Assembly (NCBI RefSeq): GCF_001194135.2
Contig: NC_068988.1
Span: 25,406,547-25,447,373, forward strand
DNA from: Octopus bimaculoides
Taxonomy: Eukaryota
Reading direction: 5' to 3'
Length of the DNA: 40,827 bases
Positions 14,225 to 25,875 of this stretch are shown here, in pieces; within the stretch, counting starts at the first letter, position 1; every line of letters begins with the position of its first letter. A model generated the notes under the pieces. The model was not told the DNA's origin. It did no database searches and was given only the letters and a program-made list of their open reading frames with translations. A program made the translations under genes and the position numbers.

Positions 14225-14743
14225 GTTACGTGATGCATAAATGTGACAATAAGTGTGTATCTGCATCTTGATATTAATATTTAAATATTGGTTTATTTAC
14301 GCACCGACCTCAAAAATCAATCTTGCTAACATAAGATGCTATTTATCTTCTGTGTGATATACATGCATATTAAAATACATATTAGATGGTTATTTATAGA
14401 ATGGTTATTTAAGATTATGCATTCATGATTAAAGTATTTATAAATATGCATATGAAATATATAACTAGAATATCCAATTGCCAGCGTCACCTAATGTTTT
14501 AGAAGTAATTTACTGTATAATTATTACATTATTATATTTTATGTGCAATTAGTCTATTTACTATATCAGCTGAGGTAAAAGAAGCTAGTTGTTTTGCTAT
14601 GATTTATTTAAAATGCAATATTATAATTAAAGGATTTCAAAGTTACATTATAAATATTCTTATACTACCTATAACTTATATAATAATATTAATATAATGT
14701 TACATTTCTGTGTTTGTGTCCTCAGATATAGAATCTCACTTAC

Positions 14744-14923
14744 CTCTCTCGCAACTCGGCTCCATTCCGTCCCATGTGCCATCTGGCCGACACGTCCGTG
14801 TGGCCCGCCCCGCAAGATGGAATCCTTGGAAACATGAGTACTGAGCCTTGGAGGCAATCATACTTGGCGGGAGAATTTCAACACGCCCATTCTCTATCTG
14901 AGGCAGGAGTGGACACCCAGCAT
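14744..14923 (-). CDS. Internal coding exon for one complete Sushi/CCP (SCR) domain of an unidentified extracellular or cell-surface protein
   Basis: The translation (D)AGCPLLPQIENGRVEILPPSMIASKAQYSCFQGFHLAGRATRTCRPDGTWDGMEPSCER(G/x) has the Sushi pattern C-x-x-x-P-x-x-x-NG...Y-x-C-x-x-G-F-x-L-x-G...C-x-x-x-G-x-W...P-x-C, with four Cys and the conserved Trp. It ends in a strong phase-1 donor GAG|GTAAGT (GT at 14743-14742). The phase-1 acceptor tccatag|AT gives a 180-nt symmetric 1-1 exon, typical of Sushi modules. The 5' boundary is uncertain (alternatives at 14953 and 15008). Confidence 0.9.
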
Positions 14924-15153
14924 CTATGGATACGAACGGCACAGGTGAACTTTCTAGACTAGGTGCAGTTTTAAAATTAATATTATCATTATTTTTGTTT
15001 CCACCCATCTGAATTTAATACCTACATATATTAAATTGTGTTGTTTTTTTAAGTGTAATATTGTATATGTGTGTGTGTGTTCCTAATTCAAGTTCATGCA
15101 TATATTATGTAAGCAAAAAGATTAGAAACATGCCCTTCTATTTTTATTAATAT

Positions 15154-15204
15154 TATCTAATCTAAACATATATCTAATCTAGACATGTATCTAATCTAAA
15201 CAAT
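15154..15204. repeat. 17-bp minisatellite, three copies
   Basis: TATCTAATCTAAACATA / TATCTAATCTAGACATG / TATCTAATCTAAACAAT. Confidence 0.9.
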
Positions 15205-15805
15205 AACATAAACACAATAAATACAAACAAAAACGCAATCATAACAATCTTAATAGGAATTTTTTCTTCTTTAAAATAATATGGCAGATGCATTGATTTC
15301 TGAGAAAAATTAAACGCCAATAAATAAATATATTAATAAATAAACAAACAAACAGAAATCAGAAAATCCTCTCAGAAAACATACATTTAAAGTAGTCTAA
15401 ATTAATGGAGAAACGTATGTGATAATATGTATTTCTTTCCAGCATTCATTAATATCACTTACAAGTACAGAATTTAGCGTGTAATAAAAGAGAAGGCTTC
15501 GTTGTAAACATGTTTATAAAAGCATCGTTCTGTTTGATGTATGCCATCTAACTTTCCCGATACATCATGATATAACGCTAAGGAGATTTAAATATGATAT
15601 TCAAGTGTATTAATAGATTGCATCCTTACTCACAAATGATTACATGACTGCATGTTTAACAGAACGTATGTTCAACAACTTACCTAATTCAGTTATGTAA
15701 TAAACGGTACACAAAAGTTCATATGCACACGAATACGCACAGTCTTATGCATTGACGCAAATATGTCACTCACGCATACATATAAACACTCATATACATA
15801 CATCC

Positions 15806-15848
<43 letters not shown>

Positions 15849-15984
15849 CATNNNNNNNNNNAATGTATCGCTTTGACTATTAACGCTGCAGATGCTGGAG
15901 CAAACGAACAATTCTCATACTAACTTACACTGTATGAGACTGAGAATTGCCATCTAATTTTTTTTTGATATATTGCTTCCACAC

Positions 15985-16303
15985 ATGCGCAGGGGTAATT
16001 GCGTACTAAGAAGTTTGTTCCCAAGGAAGTGATTCCGAGTTCAGGCTCACAGCGCGGTACCTTCGGCAAGTGTTTTCGACTACAACCTCGGGCTGATCAA
16101 ATCCTTGCAAATGGATTTGGTAGACGGAAATTGAAAGACGCCCATCGTGTATATAGTTATGTGTGTATAATTTTATGTCTATCTTTGTATGTCCTACCAC
16201 AGGCTTTAAAAATAAGTACTGAGCTGGATTCATTTGACAAGATTTCCTCAAGGCGGTGCCCCAGCATGGCCACCGTCTAATGAATGGAACAAGTAAAAGA
16301 ATA
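15985..16303 (+). mobile_element. tRNA-derived SINE, family A, internally deleted
   Basis: Head with a B-box-like CCGAGTTCAGGCTC, core GGATTTGGTAGACGGAAATTGAAAGACGCCCATCGTGTATATA and tail AATAAGTACTG...CAAGGCGGTGCCCCAGCATGGCCACCGTCTAATGAATGGAACAAGTAAAAGA. Homologous to 20607-21085. Confidence 0.85.
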
Positions 16304-17554
16304 TAAAATAATGCATATTCAGCGTGGCATTAATATCGTTACTCTTCTGAATAAATTATCCATTCCTTTGAGAGGGTTTCTAGAATTAACATTTTGCAAG
16401 ATCGATTCATAGATGTACGTTCGGTATGTGACTATGGTAAAAAGTAGGTGACTATAGTGTATAGAAATCAACATTTAAAATGTTTCGGTTTGTATTCTAC
16501 TTATACTAATAATTTTACGAATATCTCTTGCTGCTTGCCAACGGAATCTTAGGAACAACAATAATCAGAAATCATGTATGTACAAAACTTATGGATAACA
16601 CCATATACAGAGGGCTCCACCAACTTAAGAACTATAACGTCAATAAAAATATTCTTCAATATGTTTTTTTTTTGTTATAGCATGTCATATAATAATCCCG
16701 AAGCACACAATGTTGTAATGTAGATCTAAAATCTACTTTTCTCCGTCCGATTCAATTTCCTAGCAGCAACAGTAGCACGTAAAATAATTACCTTGCAATA
16801 CCACTACACATGTCATGAAATAGCCCTAAGCATTATGTAAATCGAAGTTACATGCACAGAAATTTTTCCTCGCACTGATAAGATTGAAATTGGCAATCAA
16901 AAGACAGCATTTGGCACGTGATGAAATAATGTTTACTTCAATATTAATATGTGTACTCCCAAATATAATATACCTATATGACATCGAATGAATAATATAA
17001 TAGATTACGTTATTTTAAATCTATTTGCTAGTATTGGGCAATATGTACCAATATGTAAGAATGTTATCGAAACATGTGCTTAGAAATGTATGATGCTGCA
17101 TTCTTTATAGCAGTAGAGACTTATCTTCGGATAGAAAATACTAAACGTAATGTGTGTGCGTAGGTGAGTGTCTAAAACTGTGTTCCTAAAATCTGTGTGT
17201 TGAAGACCTTAAATCACAGGGTAATAACACTGGATGTTTCTAAATACTTTTAGATAAAACATAACGCTATAATACAATACATTAAACACACACACACACA
17301 GAGACACACACACACACACACACACATACCACACACACTCACTTACACATACACAGATGATGAGAGGATGAGCTGAGTGTCTGAGTAAAATTGACATATT
17401 TTGTAAAATATAGTTATAATATATATATATTCGCATATAAACATGCATTTTGTTAATAAATTCTTGCATTGATGTATGCAAATGCGCACACATACGTACA
17501 TACAGAAGCATGTTCAGATATATATATACATGTGTGTATGTATATGTGTATGCG

Positions 17555-17589
<35 letters not shown>

Positions 17590-19640
17590 CTGTTTTACCG
17601 CGCATAATCATATGAAATGTTGTTCTCCATCCTCCTTCAATTACTTAAGAGATATTCTGCAGTAGCACGAATTTATAGACAAAGGAACCTAAGAAATCTA
17701 ACATATTGTAAACCTATTTATATTTTCAACTAGATAATGATTCATTTGACACACTTTTACATTCTCGTCTAATATGTTAGAGTAGTTTTAATAACTTCAC
17801 TATTCGAGCATATTACTTTTTCAATTTCATCCAGATAAATAGTAAAACATTTTCGACATAAAAATCAATGCAATATAGCGTATTAATAATTACAGTTAGT
17901 GCTTTTTCAATTTGTATAACTTTCCTACATTATATTCCTGTGCCACACATACTACCTTACCGCAACGCACATACTCAGAAATTTGACTTTGAAAAGGCTT
18001 TATTTTTTGCTACTACAATATTTTTATCTAAGCCATTTTCCAATCTTTGTTTACATATCATATTGCCTTTCCTGAAAATGTTGAAGCCCGAATGCATATA
18101 AGATTACATTACTAACATTCCTTAATTTTATGACACCTATGCACGTTCTCCAACAGACTTTTACTAATCACCTTTATTTTTTAACTGTAAATTCATAAGA
18201 TAACCGGATTCATTCGTTGGCTTCATCTCTGCATATTTTTTAGAAATTCTCACGTATTATAATGATATTATTAGACGCCTAAGCCCCAATCAATAACTCT
18301 TTTTATTCAGGTTATCTTCTCCCTAACCTATATTCCTCAAAATATTTGTTATCTGAAGATTAACATGTCGTGTATATTGTTATATATTTTAATATATTCA
18401 TGTCTTTTTGACATGAATGCCGTTCATTGTTTTTTTTCGGAAAATCATTTTAAGTCTTTTCTTTCCATATGGAATTTCGTTTACAATGATTTTCTACTGG
18501 CATCTGAACATATTTTCTGTTTGATGCTTTATAACAAATATCGTGTAGTTTGTCAGTTTTGAGTTCAGTTCTGCATCTTTATTAATAAATATTTTTTGCG
18601 TGTTTTTTACACATCAAAACATTTTCCCTTACTACACGATTTGTTCACCATTCGATTCTGCACTTCAATATCCCTAGCTAATATAAGTTATTTTAAAAAA
18701 TTTAATAACACTTCTGCTCTACATATTAAAAATTGCTTTCAATAACAGCTGTTAATTTACATCAGATATTATCCATGAAAAGTTATAAAAACACGGGTAG
18801 TAATATCTATTCAAACATATACTTACTATATTGTTTTAACCCGACTTATTAAACTAATTTTTATGCACTTAGTTTCTGTAATAGAATTAATTCTAAATGT
18901 AACCATGAACTTCAATCTTTTTTTATTCCACTATTATTAATGTTACTCCTATTTACGTATATTTTCAGTACATATGAATTTATCGGAATATGATTGTTTA
19001 CAATAACAAACAAAATTATTTAATAGCGTTTTCAATTTTATTAAATAGAAGAACGCTGTTTCATTCGTCTTTAATTTTTTAATTGTTAGCATATTGCAGT
19101 TTGCACGCAAATATAAAGGAAGGAAACTCCTAATTTTTATCTTAAAATTCTCATCGCCGAAAATTAATTATTTCTATTCTAAACACTATCATCTCGGGAT
19201 TCTACAAATATATTAAAATATAATTAAATCAAATTAATACTGTATAAATTTCTCTTTATATTGTATAAACTCCACTGCTTATTTAACTCAAATATTTTCC
19301 AAGAATACAAAATATGTCAGATCATTGTTTTCTATTAACGACGTATATCATATTAATAATAATAGACTTATATACTATTAAATTTCCTTATTGTCTGTTC
19401 TTTTTTCATATACGTACACTTATTTCGCTATTTTGAAATAGTTAACCATGCTATGCAAAATACTTAAGCATTAAAATTTAAAACTATACTTTGTTAATTT
19501 TTTTTTATTTTAGTATTCTTAACTAACGAATACACACGTTTTCAAATTTTTCAGTTCTCCTTTCACATGCAGACACTTTCACGTGTTCATTGATTCGGCC
19601 TTGAATACATCATAACTCTTCGTATTTTTATTAGATAAAA

Positions 19641-19684
19641 ATATATTTAAATACCACTATATTTATATATATTTAAATACCACT
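19641..19684. repeat. 18-bp direct repeat, period 26
   Basis: ATATATTTAAATACCACT at 19641-19658 and 19667-19684. Confidence 0.85.
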
Positions 19685-20173
19685 GTAACATTTTTTCAAA
19701 AAGTAAAAACATAAATACATTGCATCACACGTTAAATCAAAATGTTAAAAGCAGTAATAGATGCCTATATACGTGCTTAACCATTGGTTCACTTTATGGT
19801 ATTTATAGTTAAATATCTACGGAGATATCGGAAAACCCTATCGTTATGAATGCAGATATACAAGATACAAATATTTCATATTGAATCAGAAGAGGTAGTG
19901 ACAGAAATAATAGAAATGTAGGAAGAAAGGAGAGAATGGACGTCAAATAACGTTTTAGATCAATAATTTGATAAAGTGAGATAGACAAGAAGCAAGAAGA
20001 GAAAGAAATTGGATAAAGTAAGGCGCGTAAGGAAGTAGCATACTATAGTTAGTAACTTATTTGTTTGAAACAATAATTTCAAAAGAGTAACATAGTAACG
20101 TATTTATATTTAGTTATGTATAAAAATTTTAATTTGAAGGGACGTTATAAAATAAATATATAACTTTTAAGAT

Positions 20174-20362
20174 AATTGATTTCAAATTTTGGCACAAAGA
20201 CAGCAATTTCGAGGGAGGGGTAAGTAGGTTACAGTAACCCCATTATTGAACTGTTACTTATTTTATCGACATCGGCAGAATTGGAATTCAGAATATAACG
20301 ATAGATAAAATGCCGTTGAGCATCTTTCCCAGTGTGCAAGCGGTTCTGCCAGCTTGCCACCT
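20174..20362 (-). mobile_element. tRNA-derived SINE, family B
   Basis: The minus strand reads AGGTGGCAAGCTGGCAGAACCG...TTCTGAATTCCAATTCTGCCGATGTCGATAAAATAAAGTAACAGTT...CTCGAAATTGCTGTCTTTGTGCCAAAATTTGAAAT. Its 3' part matches 25695-25875 (GTCGATAAAATAAGAACCAGTT...CCCGAAATTGCTGGTTTTGTGCTAAATTTTGAAAT). Confidence 0.8.
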
Positions 20363-20606
20363 TAAATTATCATTTATTAATTGTCCATTTATTAAATTAA
20401 TTGGGAGGAACGTTTCTGTTTGAGCTAAAAGCAGGAAAGGAGGTAGATGCCAAGACACTTCCTAATTCTTCCAAGTTTAGTGAGTTGAAGTCAAGATGTA
20501 ATCCCTAAACTGGAGATCTGAACCAACTTATTGCACCAAGGACCTTATTTGAACAGGCCCGTAAGTGGTCAGGTTGTAGTATTAAGTATATGGGTTTAGT
20601 AGCATC

Positions 20607-20792
20607 AGGTGTCTAAGTGACTCTGCGACAAGAAGTTTGCTTCCCGACCAGATAGTCTGAGGATTACTCCCACTGCGTCGTAACTAGATCAAGTGTCTTC
20701 TATTATAACCATGGGTTACCCAAAACCTTGTGATTGGATATGCTAGACAGAAACTTAAAGAATCGCATCGTATATATAACAACCTGTGTGTA

Positions 20793-20849
<57 letters not shown>

Positions 20850-21085
20850 GTGTACGTCTGTAAGTTTCTGTTTCAATTTGTCCCCACCACCGCTTGAGAA
20901 AAGGTGTTAGCGTGTTTATGTTCACGTAAGGTTGCAGTTGGGATAAAGAAACAATATGTACCAGTCTTAAAATAAAGTACTGTGGCCAAGTAATATCGAT
21001 CGATTAAAATTCTTCAATAGGCGCCCCAGCATGGCCGCGATCTAGGGACTGAAACGAGTAACAGACACGATAAAAGAAGAAAGAA
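20607..21085 (+). mobile_element. tRNA-derived SINE, family A, near full length with internal (TG)n
   Basis: Same head, core and tail as 15985-16303 (tail GGCGCCCCAGCATGGCCGCGATCTAGGGACTGAAACGAGTAA). It has a (TG)n tract at about 20785-20855. Confidence 0.85.
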
Positions 21086-21520
21086 ATGAAACGAGGATAT
21101 TTATACTTCTAGAATTAACATGTTCCAAGTATGGATGAGTTGTCAGATCACAAACGTGCCAAGTCGACAGTCTTGAAATTAATGTGTACAAGGTTCAGAA
21201 TAGGTGGACACAATAAGCTACGAAGAAAAGTGGGAGGTAAAAGAAAACGAGAGATGGAGAAGCAGAAGGACAACAAAGACGAAGGCAAAATTAAATAAAA
21301 CTAACAGTATTTCATGAATGAATCTGTAGAGTGTTTGTAGGTAATGTGTAATGTAATTTAGACAGATATCGACTTAAGCTATTTCATAATTTTACTAGTA
21401 TTTGATATTTAATGTTGGAGATCTTAATACATTACAAGTCGGAGTCTCTAATCGGAGACTTGCAGCCAGGTACGTGCAATTATTCGCTTATAGAGAACAT
21501 CAACAAACATTGAAATGAGT

Positions 21521-21655
21521 TGGTCTGATTGGCAGAACTGTTAGTTCACCAGGTAAATCTCATTAAGTACCTTCCTTGAAATTTTAGGAGTTCAAACCTT
21601 GCAGAGATCAATACAGTCTGTCTTTCATCACGCTGTGTTTGGATAAAGATGACAG
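21521..21655 (+). mobile_element. Degenerate family B SINE (head and part of core)
   Basis: TTGGCAGAACTGTTAG...GGAGTTCAAACCTTGCAGAGATCAA...CTTTCATC has A-box-like and B-box-like motifs spaced as in the other family B copies. Confidence 0.5.
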
Positions 21656-21876
21656 AATAATGTGATCTTTACTCCTAACGCCCTTTCTTTTTTTCTGTAT
21701 CTCACGTCTTCATAATAATCTGCACGACTTTGTGACAGTTTCAGGGGGAGCTACTAAAAGAAGTATCTTTTGTCTCCAATTCACAGACGACTTTTTATTG
21801 AATGACTATTGAATGTATTCAAAATTATGCAATCGTATCGCTATAATATGAAATTATCAGACTGCGGGTGCATACA

Positions 21877-21880
<4 letters not shown>

Positions 21881-21929
<49 letters not shown>
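21881..21929. repeat. (AC)n microsatellite
   Basis: Directly visible pure tract. Confidence 0.95.
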
Positions 21930-21931
<2 letters not shown>

Positions 21932-22659
21932 TCGTATGTGTGTGTACACTGATGTTTTGCAGAGAGCATTACTTCATCTTTTTTATGTAAAATAGTTTAT
22001 CATTGTCAATATTAGTTCTAGATCAGAATAATTACTTTCAATTGTTTAAACATATCCGGTTTAATATATCTCAATATAAAAGTGAAAGTCGAATGCTGAA
22101 TAATACTTTAATATATAAAACCCCATACATTAATGATGACAAATTCTTCCACATATATACATTAAAATATATATTAAATGAGTATTTTAAATTTTCACTT
22201 ATCTCAGAAAACGAGAGTGGTGGTAGAATATTGGCCAAATAATATAAAATAGCAATAAAATAGTTATTCATTGTTTGGTAAGACTGTGTGTATCGTAGCG
22301 TAAGCCTGGTTTATGAGAAAATAATTATATTGATATTCAAAGAACACACGTGAATAAACAAATTCTAAGTGCTAAAAGAATTAGTTGATTTCGCTATGAT
22401 ACTCAAGTACATACATCTATCAATAAACCTTTACTCAATTATTAGAAAATTTAATTTTGCAATGATTTATTTTATTTTTGGAAAAATATTTACTATCATA
22501 ATCATGCTGCAGTTTATAACTTGGATAAATGTATTGTTAGAAAATCTAGTAACTGTTACTTTGAGATGTTAACTTAATGAATTTGATATTCCGCTTATTT
22601 AAGGAAAACGTGAGAAACAAGGCTGTATTTTTCATGTACATTCAAGAAGTGTTTGTTGC

Positions 22660-22756
22660 GTCGGATGTTGGATAAGAGCGTCTCTGTATCTGAGTTCAAA
22701 TTTCACCGAATCTGAATTTGGTTTAATCTTTCGGGGTGATTAAAAATGTATCAGGT
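22660..22756 (+). mobile_element. Degenerate family B SINE fragment
   Basis: TCTGAGTTCAAATTTCACCGAATCTGAATTTGGTTTAATCTTTCGGGGTGATTAAAAATGTATCAG is a B-box followed by family B core sequence. Confidence 0.5.
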
Positions 22757-22794
22757 TAAAGTGCAGGATTGTAAGTATGTCGGAAACATGCGTT

Positions 22795-22910
22795 TTTGTT
22801 CCGGACTTTGCGTTCAGTAGTGAAACATCAGTTAGGTAGTTAAAATAGTCGCCCTGTTTAGCATCAACACCTGGTAACGTGGTACCTTTATCGACGTTCA
22901 TCCAATACTG
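22795..22910 (-). mobile_element. Possible remnant of the 3' end of a mariner-type transposase
   Basis: The minus strand gives VDK / VPRY / GDYFN across frameshifts, resembling the mariner C-terminus (GIDKLVPRYDKC...GDYVE). It is short and degenerate. Confidence 0.3.
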
Positions 22911-23533
22911 GTTTAAGAATGTTTTTCTCCTCTCCTCCCAACCCTCTCAGATACCTTTTAATTGTGTCATGTGTACTGCCACTCTTTCTGATTCAAATAT
23001 AAAACGGCCAAAGCAGAATTCTCGGAACTAAATTTATTTGGACTGTAAATAAATACTTTGTCAGGAGAATCACCTTTATTGTCATTAAAAATAATGAATC
23101 TAATTCTGGTACAATTATGCTGGGTTAAAACTAGAGTTGCTTGTTCTCCGTGCAAGCTGATTTGTGGTACCTTTTTAATATCCTTTCAAATGTCCTTAAC
23201 ATGGAGAAAATACAACAAATGTAAAATAAAGTGTTTATTACAATACACAAACTAAAGAGCAAGGCTAATATAAGCATCAGCACTTCAAACACATTCAGAC
23301 AGACAGATAAAAAGAGTTTAGATTTACAATGTTTTCAAAGTACTTTCTGTTTATATTTAATTCTATCTTATATAATATAATTTTTGATTCACAAAATGCC
23401 AAGGACTTGTGATGTCTTGTGTTGAAAGTAATTATCAATGCGACTAAATAGTCGTTAATTTACAGTATAATCTCAGTCTCGTGGTCAAAGATATAGGATT
23501 CGTAATTCTCATTAATAATGCAAACCAAAGACT

Positions 23534-23675
23534 GTCAGCTGGCAAAGTTGTTAGTGTTTCGGAAAGAAAATGTTTTGCGGTATTTCCTTCGGTTGCTTAT
23601 GTTTTGAGTTCAAAACTCGTCCGAGTCACCTTTGCTCGTGAAACTATCACGGGCGATGAAATAAAGTACCAATGA
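23534..23675 (+). mobile_element. Degenerate family B SINE
   Basis: GTCAGCTGGCAAAGTTGTTAG...GCGGTATTTC...TTTTGAGTTCAAAACTCGTCCGAGTCACCTTTGC...GATGAAATAAAGTACCA is collinear with the other family B copies. Confidence 0.65.
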
Positions 23676-23963
23676 AGGAACAATTCGGAAACCATTACCG
23701 ATGCCGCACATAGAATCAGAATGTTCTAACGTATTCAATAAAAAACATTGCATATAGTCTAGTCAAAAGAGGATTACATTTCTTAATTCTGGCAGAATCG
23801 TTAGCATAAGGTTGTTCTTAAATTTGAGTTTTAACAACATTGATGGATTTCAAGGAATACTGGAAAGTATCTTATACAAATCTTGGTCTTCAGTTACATT
23901 CTCTCATTAAAGTAATATATATATATAGAAGATCTGAATAAATGTGCGAAGAGTTCAATACAA

Positions 23964-24047
23964 ATGTCTATTGTTTTTGTGACTATACCTAGGTATGATT
24001 AGGTATGTCTATTGTCTTTGTGACTATACCTAGGTATGATTAGGTAT
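23964..24047. repeat. 41-bp tandem duplication
   Basis: ATGTCTATTGT(T/C)TTTGTGACTATACCTAGGTATGATTAGGT x2 with one mismatch. Confidence 0.95.
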
Positions 24048-24815
24048 ACTGGTATGTATATATGAATAAGTGCATGCATATGATGTGGAACTTAATTTGT
24101 TTTAAGTTACTATAAAGAGTTTTTGTTTGTCTATGTATATTAATTTTAAATTTTCTTTGTTCTTTAAGAGTCGAAATAACAAAGCCACTGAGTTACATTG
24201 AGAATGTCATCCCTGTGTATATTGAAATGATTTTGAAGTTTAAAATTCTTTATAGTTAGTTAATATAACTTAACATAAAAGCTAAAATTCTTCAGAAGTT
24301 ATACATAAAAGGTAAGATTGTGCAGAATTTATGAAGCGGAAATTAAAATTTGGCAATTTCTTTCAGAATAAATATCAACAAAATCCAGCTTGACGTACGT
24401 TTTACGAGGTTATTTTAAATATGATTATCGAAAATCATTTCTTGTTCAAGAAACCTTCAAAACATTTTTTTTATATTGCTGTTTTTTTTTAATTATTTTT
24501 TTGTTTTGTTTTTGTAGCAACGTTCGTAGTTTAAAATATTAACATTTGTGGGTTTTCAGTATTTGCAATAAACATATGCTAAATAATTAATTGTAATCTG
24601 GTCATGTCATCGATAGCTGCATTTTATAAGGATATGCTTCATCTACTACAATGCTGACAATAGCTATTTTTGAACAAACTGATATATATATATATATATA
24701 TATATANNNNNNNNNNNNNNNNNNNNNNNNNNNNNNNNNNNNNNNNNNNNNNNNNNNNNNNNNNNNNNNNNNNNNNNNNNNNNNNNNNNNNNNNNNNNNN
24801 NNNNNNNNNNNNNNN

Positions 24816-24988
24816 GAGAGAAAGTTGTGGTGAAGGAGTACAGGGGGGTTCACCACCTCCCCTGCCGGAGCTTCGTGGAGGTTTTAGGTGTTTTCGCTCA
24901 ATAAACACTCACGACGCCTGGTCTAGAAATCGAAACCGCGATGCTACGACCATGAGTCCGCTGCCCTAACCACTGGGCATTACGCCTC

Positions 24989-24990
<2 letters not shown>
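24816..24990 (-). mobile_element. tRNA-derived SINE, family C (5' part; the rest runs into an assembly gap)
   Basis: The minus strand reads TGGAGGCGTAATGCCCAGTGGTTAGGGCAGCGGACTCATGGTCGTAGCATCGCGGTTTCGATTTCTAGACCAGGCG, with A and B boxes. It closely matches 37694 onward. Confidence 0.85.
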
Positions 24991-25022
<32 letters not shown>

Positions 25023-25694
25023 TATATATATATATATGAATAAATAAACATATTCCATTTTCATAGCAAATCAAAATAAGATTGTATGTGTGTGTTTCTG
25101 TGTTCATTATATTGGAAATTTTGAATTAATCTTCCATATATTGACTTAAAGAATTATCAACCAGGATATTTAATCTCTTTACTAAAAATATACCACTAGA
25201 TGTTGAAAAGAGCAAAGAACTATCACTTAAAGAACGTAGCATTTCAGTCATGTATTTTATAAAGCTTTGCGTTGTGAGAATATTTTTGTTTGGAAAATGT
25301 GAGAAAAAAAAATTATAAGGTTGCCCAAGCTTGTCCCATTTCAATATCACTTGTTTTGCACGAAAATGGTCTCCAGCATTGTCTTTGAAATATAAATAAT
25401 AATTTCTACAATTCAAAATGTACATTTCTTACCTATTCACATATTCCCATAATTTTAATGCAATAGAAAGCATAATTATAAATGTTTATAGTGGTGGATA
25501 GAGCGTGGCACAAATTTGTTCCTGGGACTTGTGCGTTTTTTTTTTTTTTTTACAGAAGCGGTCTTTCCGAAAATGATAGCATTGAGTAATTGTCAAAGTT
25601 TTGGGTTTTGACACAGATTTATCAAATAACGCTATCCCTAAAATAATTGTTCTCATTCATGTATTAGGAAGATTACAACTATATCTATACAGTC

Positions 25695-25875
25695 ATCGCG
25701 CTTAGCGGCGTTTCGCCCGACTTTACTTTCACGTACCAATGGGGTCGACTTTGCCTTTCATCCTTTCGAGGTCGATAAAATAAGAACCAGTTGAGCAGTA
25801 GGATTGATGTAATCGACTTGGCTCTTCACCCGAAATTGCTGGTTTTGTGCTAAATTTTGAAATTAGTATTATTAT
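25695..25875 (+). mobile_element. Family B SINE, 5'-truncated
   Basis: GCTTAGCGGCGTTTCG...GGTCGACTTTGCCTTTCATCCTTTCGAGGTCGATAAAATAAGAACCAGTTGAGCAGTAGGATTGATGTAATCGACTT, ending in an (ATT)n-like tail. Confidence 0.8.

Noticed and set aside
15684-15743. Perfect minus-strand donor AG|GTAAGT at 15684 with a possible 60-nt phase 1-1 exon
   Set aside because: The only compatible acceptor lacks a pyrimidine tract, and roughly one such 8-mer per strand is expected by chance at this composition.
20400-20600. Protein-like plus-strand frame (LGGTFLFELKAGKEVDAK...*TGDLNQLIAPRTLFEQARKWSG)
   Set aside because: It has an internal stop and no family I can recognise. A TBLASTX/BLASTX search would be needed to call it a pseudogene or TE fragment.
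21131-21298. 55-aa basic ORF with a KRKR-like motif
   Set aside because: Purine-rich low-complexity DNA just after a SINE tail, with no homology or splice support that I can recognise.
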